A stretch of 58,761 nucleotides of DNA, filler included, from Actinomycetales bacterium (GTDB lineage: Bacteria > Actinomycetota > Actinomycetes > Actinomycetales > CAVURS01), in NCBI GenBank assembly GCA_045807245.1. It is 4 parts of 4 records of this genome, joined end to end, with 100 filler letters (N's around TTAATTAATTAA, not from the genome) between each part and the next. Parts side by side here need not be neighbours in the genome. Positions count along the whole stretch, not along the records: positions 1 to 18,116 come from JBJMHS010000070.1; 3 more parts are not named here. One strand, written 5' to 3'. This document shows positions 1-11,789 of the stretch, one piece after another. Below the pieces are notes generated by a model that was not told the origin of the DNA, did no database searches, and worked only from the letters and a program-made list of their open reading frames with translations. The translations under genes were made by a program, and so were the position numbers. Within the stretch, counting starts at the first letter, position 1. The number at the start of each line of letters is the position of its first letter.

Positions 1-2285
1 CGGGCGAAGTAGTAGCCCTGGGCCAACCGACACCCGAGCCGGCGCAACGTCTCGGCCTGGTCGTGGGTCTCCACGCCCTCGACCACGACGCCGAGCTGCA
101 GGTCCTCACCGAGCCGCAGCACCGCGCGCATGAACCGTTCGACCCGTGGGTCCTCGTTCAGCCCGATGACGAACGCCCAGTCGATCTTCAGCGTCGTGAG
201 CGGGATCTCGTGCAGGTGGGCCAACGAGGAGTACCCGGTGCCGAAGTCGTCCAGCGCCAACGAGACGCCCGCATCGCGCAGCTCGTTGGTCACCCGGCGC
301 GCTGCGTCGAGGCCGCTGAGCAGACCGTCCTCGGTGATCTCGACGATCAGCTGATGGGCCGAAATGCCGTGCGCTGCAGCCGCATCCATCAACAGCGCCG
401 GGAACTCCAGGTCGATCACGTGGCACGGCGGGATGTTGATCGCCACCTGTAGACGGTCGTGGCCCACCTCACGATTCCAACGCGACAGCTGCTGCAAGGA
501 CTGGTCGAGGATCCGCGCGGTGAAGTCCCGGATCTGACCGGAGCGAGCGGCCACGGCGACCATCTGCGGCGGAGGCACGGGCCGGCCGTCGTACGTCCAG
601 CGGGCCAGCGCCTCGAAGCTGCTGACGGTGTCTGACCCGAGATCCATCACCGGCTGGAAGACCGCGCGCACGTCGCCGTTCGCCAGCGCGGACCGCAGCG
701 GCTCGGCCAGCAGGAGCTGCTCGGTCTCCGGGAGCGTCATGCCGGCGTGGAAGTGCTCCACCGTCCCCTTGCCGGCTCGCTTGGCGGCGTACATGGCGAC
801 ATCCGCCTGGCTCAGCAGGCTGCTGAGGGTGGGTGGCGTCGTACCTGGTTCGACGATCGTGACTCCGACGCTGATCCGGGCGTCCAGCCGGTTGTCATCG
901 AGGAAGAACGGCTCCTGCAGCGTTTCGACCAGCCGGTGCGCGACTGTAGCGGGATCGTCCAGATCCTCGACCAGGACCGCGAACTCGTCACCGCCGAGCC
1001 GCGCCAGCGTGTCCATCGGCCGCAGCTGACGGCGCAGCCGATCAGCAACATGCACCAACAGCTGGTCACCCACGATGTGGCCGAGCGAGTCGTTGACGCC
1101 CTTGAAGTCGTCGAGGTCGCAGAACAGCACCGCGAACGACCGTCCGTCCTCCGCGTGCCGCTCCAACGCCTCGGTCACGCGGTTGGCGAACAGATGGCGG
1201 TTGGCCAGCCCGGTCAGCTGGTCGTGGTAGGCCTGTTGCTCGAGCTGCTTCTCGCGCGCCGCCACAGCCTGCACGAGCCGCCTGTTCTCATGAACCGTCG
1301 AGTACTGACGTAGCAACAGGAGCGCGACCGAGACGGCGAGGAGCAGCAGCTCCACAGTGTCCGGCGACGTACCCCGAGCCGTGTGCAGGCATACCGTCAC
1401 CGTCGCCAGCAGGATCGGGACGTACGGCAGGAAGGACAGCCCCCGCGGCCGGCGCTCCACCACGGTGGCGTGGTTCCCCTGGCCACGCGGCGCCGTGGCT
1501 GCGGCGACCATGACGAGCAGGAAGGCCGCGATCCATCCCGCGTCGATCGGGTCCCCGGTGCTGTAGCTGTCGTTCGACGTCAGATAGACGAACCCGCTGT
1601 CGGCGACCGCCATTGCGGCCAGGCCCAGCCCGAGCAGGGACAGCGTTCTGGTGTACGCCGATCGCTTGACCACGGTCAGGACGACCATCGCGATCACCAC
1701 GACGTCGCCGACTGGGTAGGCGAGCGAGACGAACAACGCGAGCAGAGAGCTGCCACTGGCCGAAGATGCGACGGTGTGCAGCACCGTCGCCCAGGACACC
1801 GTCAGCAGCGCGGTCGCGGCGATCAGTGCGTCCAGCACCCAAGGGAAGCGGCCGCTGGCAGCGGTGGGGAAGAGCCAGAGGCCGATGACCACACCGACCG
1901 GGAAGAGCAGGAAGCCCGCGTCGGCGAGCGAGGGGAACGGGGTCTCCCGGCCGGCCAGGAGCTCGTAGTAGCACCACATGGCCTCGCCGAGCGCCCACAT
2001 CAGGCAGCCGGTCCCGGTGCTGATCCAGGACCAGCGCAGCCGGCCGGTGGAGCACAGGCCGGTCGAGTAGGACGCAGCCGCCGCGCAACCGGCGGCGGCC
2101 ATCTGAGCCAGATCGTCCGCGGCTTGGAAGCCGGCCGAGCCGAGGCCGTGCACCAAGGCAGCCACGACGAGGACGGCCAGGCCGATCAGCGCGGGGCCGG
2201 CCCCACGGTCGAGGACCCGGACGAGTGTGCGTCGGACGGCGCGGGCGTCGATGCCGGCCCGGTGCGCCGGGGCATCCGTCGACAA
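1..2285 (-). CDS. Membrane-anchored diguanylate cyclase/phosphodiesterase (GGDEF-EAL), 3' end runs off the window
   Basis: Absent from the ORF track because it is open at the edge. Manual minus-strand translation: GGAGG then TTG start at 2285, hydrophobic N-terminus, RPMDTLARLGGDEF (~981-1023), SFEALARW (~600-620), LDDFGTGYSSL, QGYYFA at 3-20. Confidence 0.9.
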   Translation of the reverse strand, partial: MSTDAPAHRAGIDARAVRRTLVRVLDRGAGPALIGLAVLVVAALVHGLGSAGFQAADDLAQMAAAGCAAAASYSTGLCSTGRLRWSWISTGTGCLMWALGEAMWCYYELLAGRETPFPSLADAGFLLFPVGVVIGLWLFPTAASGRFPWVLDALIAATALLTVSWATVLHTVASSASGSSLLALFVSLAYPVGDVVVIAMVVLTVVKRSAYTRTLSLLGLGLAAMAVADSGFVYLTSNDSYSTGDPIDAGWIAAFLLVMVAAATAPRGQGNHATVVERRPRGLSFLPYVPILLATVTVCLHTARGTSPDTVELLLLAVSVALLLLRQYSTVHENRRLVQAVAAREKQLEQQAYHDQLTGLANRHLFANRVTEALERHAEDGRSFAVLFCDLDDFKGVNDSLGHIVGDQLLVHVADRLRRQLRPMDTLARLGGDEFAVLVEDLDDPATVAHRLVETLQEPFFLDDNRLDARISVGVTIVEPGTTPPTLSSLLSQADVAMYAAKRAGKGTVEHFHAGMTLPETEQLLLAEPLRSALANGDVRAVFQPVMDLGSDTVSSFEALARWTYDGRPVPPPQMVAVAARSGQIRDFTARILDQSLQQLSRWNREVGHDRLQVAINIPPCHVIDLEFPALLMDAAAAHGISAHQLIVEITEDGLLSGLDAARRVTNELRDAGVSLALDDFGTGYSSLAHLHEIPLTTLKIDWAFVIGLNEDPRVERFMRAVLRLGEDLQLGVVVEGVETHDQAETLRRLGCRLAQGYYFA

Positions 2286-2435
2286 GGGTCACCTCCGTGA
2301 GAGCGCCTGCGCTCGGGAGGCTGGATGAGCCCTGATCCGCGCGTTCTGTCTATCGACCAGCGCGCAGCCGGCCTGAAGGCTACGACCGGGTGCGATGCAG
2401 ATGTCCCGGAAAGGCCCCATCTGCGGCGTGGGCGC

Positions 2436-2762
2436 TCACCCAGGGAGGGAGATCACGACCTCGGCGATCTGGCCGCGCGCGGCCGTTACTGCGGTGTCGA
2501 ACGGCTCTGCCTTGGGTGCCAGCGTGCGCAGCGTCCAGTCACCCGGTGCGGCGAAGAACCGGAACCGGCCGCCGTCGTCGGTCGGAAGCTCCGCCGTGAA
2601 CTCGCCACCGCTGTCCAGCAGGCGGACGTACGAGCGCACGGGCTCTCCGGCCCGCTCGACGCGTCCCTGGATCACCGACTCCGTGCCAGCGGGCGAGTCG
2701 CCCGTCACCCCCGCCGTCGTCACGGGCAGAGCGTAGCCACCCTCGGGTGCCGCGCAGCTCAC
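2436..2762 (-). CDS. DUF1416 (SseC-like) protein
   Basis: YVRLLDSGGEFTAE...FRFFAAPGDWTLR. GTG start overlaps the sulfurtransferase stop, the usual cysA-sseC pairing. Confidence 0.85.
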   Translation of the reverse strand: MSCAAPEGGYALPVTTAGVTGDSPAGTESVIQGRVERAGEPVRSYVRLLDSGGEFTAELPTDDGGRFRFFAAPGDWTLRTLAPKAEPFDTAVTAARGQIAEVVISLPG

Positions 2763-3610
2763 GCGAGCACTCCGGGTTCCTCGCCGAGGGCGATGGGTAC
2801 GCCGACGAGCGAGCCCCACTCGGTCCACGAGCCGTCGTAGTTCTTGACGTTCGGCTGCTCCAGGATCTCGTGCAGCACGAACCAGGTGTGCGCCGACCGC
2901 TCACCGATCCGGCAGTACGCGATCGTGTCCTTCGCGAAGTCCACGCCCTCGCCGGCGTACAGCTCGCGCAGCTCGACATCCTCGCGGAAGGTGCCGTCGT
3001 CGCGCGCGGCCTTGCTCCACGGGATGTTGCGCGCGGTCGGGATATGGCCGGCCCGCTGCGACTGCTCCTGCGGCAGGTGAGCCGGCGCGAGCAGCCGGCC
3101 GGAGAACTCGTCGGGTGAGCGGACGTCGACCAGGTTGCGCCGGCCGAGCGAGGCGAGCACCTCGTCCCGGAGCGCGCGCAGCGACGCGTCCTGCTCCTGG
3201 GCGATGTACGTCGTGGGCTTGCGCTCGTCCACCACCGTGGTGAGCTCACGACCGTCGAGCTCCCACTTCTTGCGTCCGCCGTCGAGCAGCCGGACGTCGG
3301 CATGACCGTAGAGCGAGAAGTACCAGTAGGCATACGCGGCGAACCAGTTGTTGTTGCCGCCGTACAGCACGACCGTGTGGTCGTTGCCGATGCCCCGCTC
3401 GGACATGAGCGCCTCGAACTGCGCGCGGCTCACGAAGTCGCGCCGGACCGGGTCCTGCAGGTCGTCGCGCCAGTCGACTCGCACCGCGCCGGGGATGTGG
3501 CCGCGCTCGTAGGCGGCGGTGTCCTCGTCCACCTCGACGAGGACCACAGCGGGGTCGTCCAGATGCTCGGCGGCCCAGTCAGCGTCGACCAGCGACGTCT
3601 CGCGGCTCAT
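2759..3610 (-). CDS. Thiosulfate sulfurtransferase (tandem rhodanese, CysA2/CysA3-like)
   Basis: GHIPGA, active-site loop YCRIGERS, C-terminal YDGSWTEW signature. Confidence 0.95.
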   Translation of the reverse strand: MSRETSLVDADWAAEHLDDPAVVLVEVDEDTAAYERGHIPGAVRVDWRDDLQDPVRRDFVSRAQFEALMSERGIGNDHTVVLYGGNNNWFAAYAYWYFSLYGHADVRLLDGGRKKWELDGRELTTVVDERKPTTYIAQEQDASLRALRDEVLASLGRRNLVDVRSPDEFSGRLLAPAHLPQEQSQRAGHIPTARNIPWSKAARDDGTFREDVELRELYAGEGVDFAKDTIAYCRIGERSAHTWFVLHEILEQPNVKNYDGSWTEWGSLVGVPIALGEEPGVLA

Positions 3611-3682
3611 GCCTGGAAACGGTACGACGTGTCCGCTACGTGGGCATCCAGCATCCGTATGGCGAGACGGCCCAACGGCGCT

Positions 3683-4783
3683 TCAGGCGCTGGACGCCTG
3701 GGCCGGCCGGTGACGCAGAGCCCTCACCCGGTCCCACCACGCGCGCGGCTCGACGAACGGCCCGGCCAGCCACAGCACGGGCGGGGTGACGAACACGATG
3801 GCCAGCGCCAGCCCCACGCACGCCGCCACGAGGGCGGCCACCGTGCCCGACCCGTAGTCGTACCACCCGGTCCAGGCGGCGATGAGCAGCACGGGCAGGT
3901 GCAGCAGGTACGGGAACATCGTGTGCTGCCCCCCGACGGCGGCCCAGCGCGCAGGGAGCGAGGCACCCAGGGCGCCGCCCGGCATGGCCAGCATCAGCGC
4001 GACGGCCAGAACGGTCGCGACGGCTAGGGCGAGGATGCGCGCCAGCACGCCGTGGACCAGCCCCTGGTGCAGCTCCTCGTAGCTCGTGCGGCCGAAGTAG
4101 ATCGTGCGGTCGAAGTGGGGCTGGCGGGCCAGCACCATGGCGGCCCCGAGGAGCAGCACACCGAGGGCGGCCACCTGGATACGGCCGGCACGCGGCCATC
4201 GGCGGACCGCGCTGACCCGGTCGACGACCCATGGGCCGGCGACGAAGAGCGGCAGGAAGCAGGCGGTGCGTTGCAGGGAGAGCAGGCTCCCGAGCCCGGG
4301 GCTGACGCCCGCGACGAGTGAGATGGCGAGGGCGATCAGCACGGCGCCCCGCAGGCCGTGGAACCACGGCGCGAGCAGGCGCCAGGTCGCCAGCGACACG
4401 AGGAACCACAGCCCGAAGGTCGTGTACACGTACTGCCAGCTCGGGTGGGCGCCATGGAGCAGATACCCCAGACCGAACGCGATGGTCTGGAAGATCACGT
4501 AGGGGACGATGAGCGCCCAGAAGGTGCGCACCAGGCCGCGCCCGTTCGCGCTCGCGCGACGGGCGCCCCAGCCGGCCAGCAGCACCAGCGCTGGGATGTG
4601 GAAGATGTAGACGAAGTCCGAGATGGCGTGAGCGAGCGTGCTGCGTCCGCGCAACGGTCCGACCAGATGCCCGATGAGCACGAGCGCGATGGCAGCCCAA
4701 CGGGCCTGGTCGATCCAGATCTCGCGCAGCGGAGCGGGTTTCGTCGAGACCGGCTCCTGGGCCTGCACGGCGCTCGCTTCCAC
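3683..4783 (-). CDS. Acyltransferase-3 family membrane O-acyltransferase
   Basis: REIWIDQAR...LVLIGH, YIFHIP, LWFL, PYLLH motifs; many hydrophobic segments; start approximate. Confidence 0.8.
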   Translation of the reverse strand: MEASAVQAQEPVSTKPAPLREIWIDQARWAAIALVLIGHLVGPLRGRSTLAHAISDFVYIFHIPALVLLAGWGARRASANGRGLVRTFWALIVPYVIFQTIAFGLGYLLHGAHPSWQYVYTTFGLWFLVSLATWRLLAPWFHGLRGAVLIALAISLVAGVSPGLGSLLSLQRTACFLPLFVAGPWVVDRVSAVRRWPRAGRIQVAALGVLLLGAAMVLARQPHFDRTIYFGRTSYEELHQGLVHGVLARILALAVATVLAVALMLAMPGGALGASLPARWAAVGGQHTMFPYLLHLPVLLIAAWTGWYDYGSGTVAALVAACVGLALAIVFVTPPVLWLAGPFVEPRAWWDRVRALRHRPAQASSA

Positions 4784-4812
4784 GGCGACGATCCTGCCAC
4801 GGAAGCCGGCTC

Positions 4813-5754
4813 CTATGAGGTGATGTCCTTGCCGGTGAAGCGGGCCCAGGCCAGCGACCCGAAGATCAGGATGTAGGCGCCCTGCGACAGCAGCCCGAGT
4901 CCGATTTGGTGGGTGTAGATGGGGTTGCGAAGGAGGTCGCCGAACGTGAGCCAGTAGTGGGTGAACAGGTAAGGGTGCAGCCACCCGATCTGGGGCACCG
5001 CGTCGGCGATCTCGGCGGCGATGACGAGTACGGCGGTCGCCGCCATGGCGCCCATCGGCACCTCGGTCAGGGTGGAGATGAACAGGCCGATCGCCCCGAT
5101 GCCGAGCAGCATCGCGCCGACGTACCCGGCCACGAGGAGCGCCCGCCACAGCGCCGTACCGAACGGGATCACGTCGCCGGAGATCAGGGTCACCGGTCCG
5201 TGGTCGAACAAGATCAGCCCGACGACGGTCCCGACGACGAACACGGTGAGCACGGACGCCAGCGCGAACGCCGCGATGCCGGCGTACTTGACGAGCAGCA
5301 GCCGCGTCCGGCCGGCCGGTACGGCGAGCAGGTTGCGCAACGTCCCGGTGGAGGCCTCGCCCGCGATGGACTCACCGGACACGACGGCCACCGCGACGGG
5401 CAGGAACAGGGGCAGCGTCACGACCAGCGATGTGAAGGCGAGGAACAGCCCGTTCTCGGTGACCTGGCTCAGGAACGGCGGCCCCTCACCGTTGCCCGGT
5501 GCCGATGCGCGGACGGCGATGCCGAGCAGGATCGGCGCGCAGGACAGGACTCCGAGCAGGGCGATGTTGCGGCGCCGCCGGAACACCAGTCGCAGCTCGG
5601 AGCGCAGGAAGCGCAGCGTCCCGGCCGCCGAGCCGGCCAGCCCGTACGACGGGTCAGAGCCGCTGCCCTCGCCGGTCCCGGCCTGCACGACGTCGGGCTC
5701 ATGCACCGGCCCAGTCTGGCCGGGCCTGATCTCGTCGAGCTCACTGGTCGACAT
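4813..5754 (-). CDS. ABC transporter permease (ABC-2 type)
   Basis: GESIAGEASTGTLRNLL motif, multiple TM segments, overlaps the ATPase gene. Confidence 0.9.
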   Translation of the reverse strand: MSTSELDEIRPGQTGPVHEPDVVQAGTGEGSGSDPSYGLAGSAAGTLRFLRSELRLVFRRRRNIALLGVLSCAPILLGIAVRASAPGNGEGPPFLSQVTENGLFLAFTSLVVTLPLFLPVAVAVVSGESIAGEASTGTLRNLLAVPAGRTRLLLVKYAGIAAFALASVLTVFVVGTVVGLILFDHGPVTLISGDVIPFGTALWRALLVAGYVGAMLLGIGAIGLFISTLTEVPMGAMAATAVLVIAAEIADAVPQIGWLHPYLFTHYWLTFGDLLRNPIYTHQIGLGLLSQGAYILIFGSLAWARFTGKDITS

Positions 5755-6664
5755 CGAAGCCCTCCCCGGTCAGGCCGACGAACAGCTCCTCGAGGTCGGG
5801 CCGCTCGACCACGAGCTCTCGCACCGGCACCCCGGCCCGGACCAGCGCAGCGGTGACATCGGCGCTGTCCAGGCCGCCGATCTCGGCCGTCACGCGGCCA
5901 TCGGCGGCCAGTGGTTCGGCCAGGCCCAGCTCGAGCAGCACCCGGACCGCCTGGTCCGGTTGTGGTGTGTGCACCCGGATCCGGGTCACCGACGCCGCTC
6001 CGAGCTCGTCGAGCGAGCCCTGGAAGACCAGGCGGCCGTGGCTCATGACACCGACATGCGTGCACATCTGCTCGATCTCACTGAGCAGGTGTGAGGAGAC
6101 GAACACGGTCGCTCCCTCTGACGCGACCTCACGGACCAGGTGGCGGACCTCGCGCGTGCCCTGCGGGTCCAGACCGTTGGTCGGCTCGTCGAGCACGAAG
6201 AGCTCGCGTGGACGCAGTAGCGCGGCGGCGAGCCCGAGTCGTTGCCGCATGCCCAACGAGTACGCGCGGTACTTCTTCCGCGCGGCCGCCGACAGACCGA
6301 CCCGCTCGAGCGCCGTACCCACGCGTTCGCGTGACTTGCCACCGTCGACCGAGCGGTCGGCCGCGTCCAGCCGCATCAGGTTGTCGCGGCCCGAAAGGTA
6401 GGGATGGAACGCCGGCCCCTCGACGAGGGCGCCGACCTGCGGCAGCACCCGGGCCGCGCCGCGCGGCATCGGGACTCCGAGCAGCGAGTGCGTGCCGTCC
6501 GTGGCGGAGATCAGCCCGAGCAGCATGCGGATCGTCGTCGTCTTGCCCGAGCCGTTCGGCCCGAGGAAGCCGTAGATCGAACCGGCGGGCACGTCGAGGT
6601 CGACGTTGTCGACAGCGACCTGCCCGCCGGCGAAACGCTTGGTCAGCGCAGCGCTCGTGATCAC
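5741..6664 (-). CDS. ABC transporter ATP-binding protein
   Basis: Walker A GPNGSGKTT, signature YSLGMRQR, Walker B FVLDEPTNGLD, SSH switch. Confidence 0.95.
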   Translation of the reverse strand: MITSAALTKRFAGGQVAVDNVDLDVPAGSIYGFLGPNGSGKTTTIRMLLGLISATDGTHSLLGVPMPRGAARVLPQVGALVEGPAFHPYLSGRDNLMRLDAADRSVDGGKSRERVGTALERVGLSAAARKKYRAYSLGMRQRLGLAAALLRPRELFVLDEPTNGLDPQGTREVRHLVREVASEGATVFVSSHLLSEIEQMCTHVGVMSHGRLVFQGSLDELGAASVTRIRVHTPQPDQAVRVLLELGLAEPLAADGRVTAEIGGLDSADVTAALVRAGVPVRELVVERPDLEELFVGLTGEGFDVDQ

Positions 6665-6675
6665 GTTGCCGCGGC

Positions 6676-7911
6676 CTACTTCGTGGCCGGCTTGGGATGG
6701 CTAGCGGTCGCCGCGGCGTCCTCGAGCATCGAGACGGGGACGGCTCCGACGTACGCCTTGCCGTTGTCCAGGACCAGGATGTTCACCAGTGCGGTCTTGA
6801 GCACTCGACCGGAGCCGAACGGCCCACTCACCGGCTTGAGCGCGTTCAACAGCACCCGGGCCTGCTCGTTGCGCCCCGGCCCTCGCTGACCGGTCAGCTC
6901 CACTCCGGACAGCTGGACGATCGCAGTCCAGCCCTGGCCGATCACCTGGGTGTCGTCGGCGGCGCCGGCCTTGGCCAGCCCGTCGGGGTTGGCAGAACCG
7001 TTGCGCTGCAACGACTTCCCGTCGCTGCCGGGCGGCACAGTGTGCTGTTCGCGCAGGTTCCGGCCCTGCAGCGCGTCGGCCAGGTCAGAGCTGACCTTGG
7101 TGCCGGGCGGCGGCGTGAAGCGGAACACGGAGGCGGGCGGCTTCGTGAACGTCACAGTGGTGAAGCCGGTCTCGAAGGCCGGGGCGTGGTGCCCGTTGGC
7201 GAAGACCTGGACGCGCAGCGGCACGTGCGTTGCCGAGTCGACGGCGATCCGGACCTGGGCCACGGTCGACCGGGTGTCGCGCGGTGCCAGGACGAGCTCG
7301 TACGCCGAGCGGCCGGCCACGCGTGCGGTGCCGTCGACCGTCACGACTGTCGTCGGGTCGACGGCCTTGAGTGCCTGGGCCGCGGCCTGCGCCGGCGTGA
7401 GGTTGTCGAGGGCCTGCTTGCGCGCCTGCTCGGCCGGGTCGGTGCTGTGCGCTCGGTCCGGCAGCTTCACGTGTTCGGCCGTCTTGTCCTGGCTGGACCA
7501 CAGCCACAGATCCGAGCCGTTGCGCACGAGGTCGGACTCGGCCAGGTCGCCGACGAGAGCCAAGCGCGTCTGCTGCGGTCCGCCGTACCAGACACGGATC
7601 GTGTGCGAGCCGGTCATGAGCGACAGGGCACTGGTGTTGCTCCCCTGCCCGGGGATGGCCGGCAGGCCGAGCCGTGCTGTCTCGACAACCGTGCCGGAGA
7701 AGGGGCGGGCCTGCGCCGACGCGACATCGGTGAGCAGCTGCCCGGCGGTCTTGGCGGGGAGGTTCGGCGACGCGTCGGCCGAGACCAGCGGTACGCCGAT
7801 CGCGGCCGCGACGCCGACGACGGCGATCGCGGGGACGCCCCAGCGGGCGCGTCGGGCCAGGCCGCGAGAGCCGGGTGGGGTGGGGACAGGGAGGTCTTGG
7901 GTCGAGCTCAT
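6676..7911 (-). CDS. LolA-like/RseB-like exported protein
   Basis: Real gene is the C-terminal part of the 6676..10083 ORF, starting MSSTQDLP. One N-terminal TM helix, then FSGTVV, VAGRSAYELVLAP, FRFTPPPG typical of actinobacterial LolA-like proteins. Confidence 0.75.
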   Translation of the reverse strand: MSSTQDLPVPTPPGSRGLARRARWGVPAIAVVGVAAAIGVPLVSADASPNLPAKTAGQLLTDVASAQARPFSGTVVETARLGLPAIPGQGSNTSALSLMTGSHTIRVWYGGPQQTRLALVGDLAESDLVRNGSDLWLWSSQDKTAEHVKLPDRAHSTDPAEQARKQALDNLTPAQAAAQALKAVDPTTVVTVDGTARVAGRSAYELVLAPRDTRSTVAQVRIAVDSATHVPLRVQVFANGHHAPAFETGFTTVTFTKPPASVFRFTPPPGTKVSSDLADALQGRNLREQHTVPPGSDGKSLQRNGSANPDGLAKAGAADDTQVIGQGWTAIVQLSGVELTGQRGPGRNEQARVLLNALKPVSGPFGSGRVLKTALVNILVLDNGKAYVGAVPVSMLEDAAATASHPKPATK

Positions 7912-7918
7912 GCCTGTC

Positions 7919-7952
7919 ACTGTGCAACACGCACCCTGTGAGGACACTGAGG
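7919..7952 (-). promoter_or_regulatory. Tandem hexamer site plus -10 of the LolA-like/ABC operon (likely leaderless)
   Basis: Minus strand CCTCAG-N5-TCACAG-N11-CACAGT-N7-ATG(7911). Confidence 0.55.
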
Positions 7953-8007
7953 ACCCCGGCGGCAGTGGGCAGCGACGCGGGGCACCCGCAGCAGGCAGGC
8001 TGTGCCT

Positions 8008-8685
8008 GTGCGACTGCTCGTGGTGGAGGACGAGGTGCGGCTGGCCCAGGCGCTGCAGCGCGGGCTGCGCGCCGAGGGCTTCGGGGTCGACCTTGCGCAC
8101 GACGGCGAGGACGGCTTGCACCTCGCGCGCGAGGGCGGTTACGACGCGGTGATCCTCGACGTGATGCTGCCCAAGCTGAGCGGGTACCGCGTGTGCCAGG
8201 CGCTGCGGGCGGACCAGAACTGGGTCCCCGTCCTGATGCTCACGGCGAAGGACGGCGAGTACGACGAGGCCGACGGCCTCGACGTCGGTGCTGACGACTA
8301 CCTGACCAAGCCGTTCTCGTACGTCGTGCTGCTCGCCCGCCTGCGCGCGTTGCTGCGGCGTGGTGCCCCGGAGCGGCCCGCGGTGCTCGAGGCCGGTGAC
8401 CTCAGCCTCGACCCGGCCAGCCACCGCGTTGCCCGCGATGGTGATGAGATCGCTTTGACACCAAGGGAGTTCGCCCTGCTCGAGCTCCTGATGCGCCGTC
8501 GCGGTGAGGTCGTGGCGAAGACGGAGATCGTCACACACGTCTGGGACGCCAACGAGGACGTCGCTCCCAACGTGGTCGAGGTCTACGTCGGCTACATGCG
8601 GCGCAAGATCGACACGCCGTACGGGCGGTCGGGGCTGCAGACCGTTCGGGGCGTCGGCTACCGGCTCGCCGCCGACGGCGGCTGA
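8008..8685 (+). CDS. OmpR-family response regulator
   Basis: LLVVEDE, ILDVMLP, MLTAK, GADDYLTKPF, winged-helix end QTVRGVGYRL. Confidence 0.95.
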   Translation: MRLLVVEDEVRLAQALQRGLRAEGFGVDLAHDGEDGLHLAREGGYDAVILDVMLPKLSGYRVCQALRADQNWVPVLMLTAKDGEYDEADGLDVGADDYLTKPFSYVVLLARLRALLRRGAPERPAVLEAGDLSLDPASHRVARDGDEIALTPREFALLELLMRRRGEVVAKTEIVTHVWDANEDVAPNVVEVYVGYMRRKIDTPYGRSGLQTVRGVGYRLAADGG

Positions 8686-8703
8686 CGGACGCTGGGCGAG
8701 GTC

Positions 8704-10158
<1,455 letters not shown>

Positions 10159-10218
10159 CGTCGCTCACGCGGCGCCGGTTTGGGGAACGACCAGGGTGTC
10201 CGGGACGATGAACAGGCA

Positions 10219-10944
10219 ATGAGCTCGTCCCGTCGCGGCCCTGACATCAGTGCGGCCCAGGTGGCCGGCAGCGCCCTCGCGGCGGTGTCGGCTGCCGTCG
10301 TCGCATCCTTTCTCGGGGTCGGCGGCACCCTGATCGGCGCGGCGCTCGGCAGCCTGGTCGCCAGCATCGGCGGCGCGGTGTACTCGCACTCGTTCCAGCG
10401 CGCCGGCACCAAGATCGGGGAGACCAAGGTGCTGGCCGTCGTGACGAGCCGCCGGCCGAGCACGGTTGAGCCGGGTCCGGCCGACGTTCCAGTGATAGAG
10501 GACGACGCTGAGCACCCGCCGTACGCCGAGACCGCACCCGCCGAGGAGGTCGTCGAACCCACGAGCGAGGCCACGGCCGAGGCGAGTCCCCTCCCGCCCC
10601 CGGGCGGCCGCGTCCCGCGCCGTCTGAGCTGGAAGGCCGCGCTGGCCCTGACTGTGGTCGCCTTCGCCTTGGCAGTCGTCGCGATCCAGGCGGTGGAGCT
10701 GCTCATCGGCCGCCCGATCTCGGGCGGTTCGAGCGGTACGACGATCTCGCACCTGGTCTCGCCGGACACGAAGCCCAAGAAGAAGGACACGACGCCGACG
10801 CCGTCGCCGACGCCGACGTCGACGGCGACCTCGACCCCCACCTCAACGCCGACGTCGACGCCCACGTCGACGCCGACCTCCACACCCACCGGCAGTCCGA
10901 CGTCCACAGCGACGGAAACGCCGACCGTCACGCCGACCGGCTGA
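10219..10944 (+). CDS. Hypothetical membrane protein with Pro/Thr-rich tail
   Basis: ASFLGVGGTLIGAALGS hydrophobic region, second TM helix, TPTS repeats. Confidence 0.7.
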   Translation: MSSSRRGPDISAAQVAGSALAAVSAAVVASFLGVGGTLIGAALGSLVASIGGAVYSHSFQRAGTKIGETKVLAVVTSRRPSTVEPGPADVPVIEDDAEHPPYAETAPAEEVVEPTSEATAEASPLPPPGGRVPRRLSWKAALALTVVAFALAVVAIQAVELLIGRPISGGSSGTTISHLVSPDTKPKKKDTTPTPSPTPTSTATSTPTSTPTSTPTSTPTSTPTGSPTSTATETPTVTPTG

Positions 10945-10960
10945 GCGGCACTATGGGGCT

Positions 10961-11605
10961 ATGAACTCGCCGGACGGCTCCTCGCGCAGACCGCGCCGCC
11001 CGACGTACCTCAGCCCGGCCAGCCTGGAGGCGCTCGCGGGCGGCTACGACCCAGCAGCCGAGGCGGAGGCGGCGCACACCTCCGCGGCGGCGATAATCCA
11101 GGCCGGCCGCCGGTCCGGTGACCCGCAGCTGACGGCACGTCTGGTCGGCCTGGTCGAGGAGCAAGGGCTCAGCACACTGGCCGACCTGTGGGCCGATCGT
11201 CCCCCGCGCTCCCTGCCCGGTGCGCTGTGGCGGCTGTACGTACTGCGCGAGGGTGTGCAGCGCGACCCGGTGGGCAGCGCCCGTGACTACGCCGAGGGCC
11301 AGGCAACCGCCGAGGTAGCCCATGTTGTGGCCGGCGTCGCGGATCCGACCGGGCCGCAGCAGGTCTCGGCCCTCGCCGATGCCGTGCTGACTGGTGTCTT
11401 CGCCGGAGACCTCGCGGTGGCGCTCGAGCGGGCGGCTGCGTTCTGCCGCGTCTCCTCCACGGGGCGCGCGCACCGGGCGGCCGGGCTGGAGGCATCCGAC
11501 GCACCGGCGGCGGCCGCGCTGACCCGCAGCGCGGCCGCACTGCTCACGACCGCGGAGGATCTCGAGGCGTCTGCCCGCCTCTGGCGCGTCGGCGACCTCT
11601 CCTGA
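10961..11605 (+). CDS. Conserved actinobacterial hypothetical protein
   Basis: Plausible codon usage; LADLWA...SLPGALWRLY and FAGDLAVALERAAAF segments; function unknown. Confidence 0.7.
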   Translation: MNSPDGSSRRPRRPTYLSPASLEALAGGYDPAAEAEAAHTSAAAIIQAGRRSGDPQLTARLVGLVEEQGLSTLADLWADRPPRSLPGALWRLYVLREGVQRDPVGSARDYAEGQATAEVAHVVAGVADPTGPQQVSALADAVLTGVFAGDLAVALERAAAFCRVSSTGRAHRAAGLEASDAPAAAALTRSAAALLTTAEDLEASARLWRVGDLS

Positions 11606-11789
11606 GCCTCCGCCGGCCACGTCCTCCGGTCACCTGACCAGCCGATCCACCGCAGGACACGGGCTGCCGACCCGGAGCCGTCCCGGCTCGGCCATCTGCG
11701 TGGTTTCCCGCCGTCGGACCGCCAATCCACGGGGAACATCGCGGGACGGCCGAGGGTTTGACACACTCGTGGTGCCCCACGGGGCACTC

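Noticed and set aside
10961..11605. Possible RNA polymerase beta-related label for this protein family
   Set aside because: Only 214 aa with no RpoB motifs; left as hypothetical.
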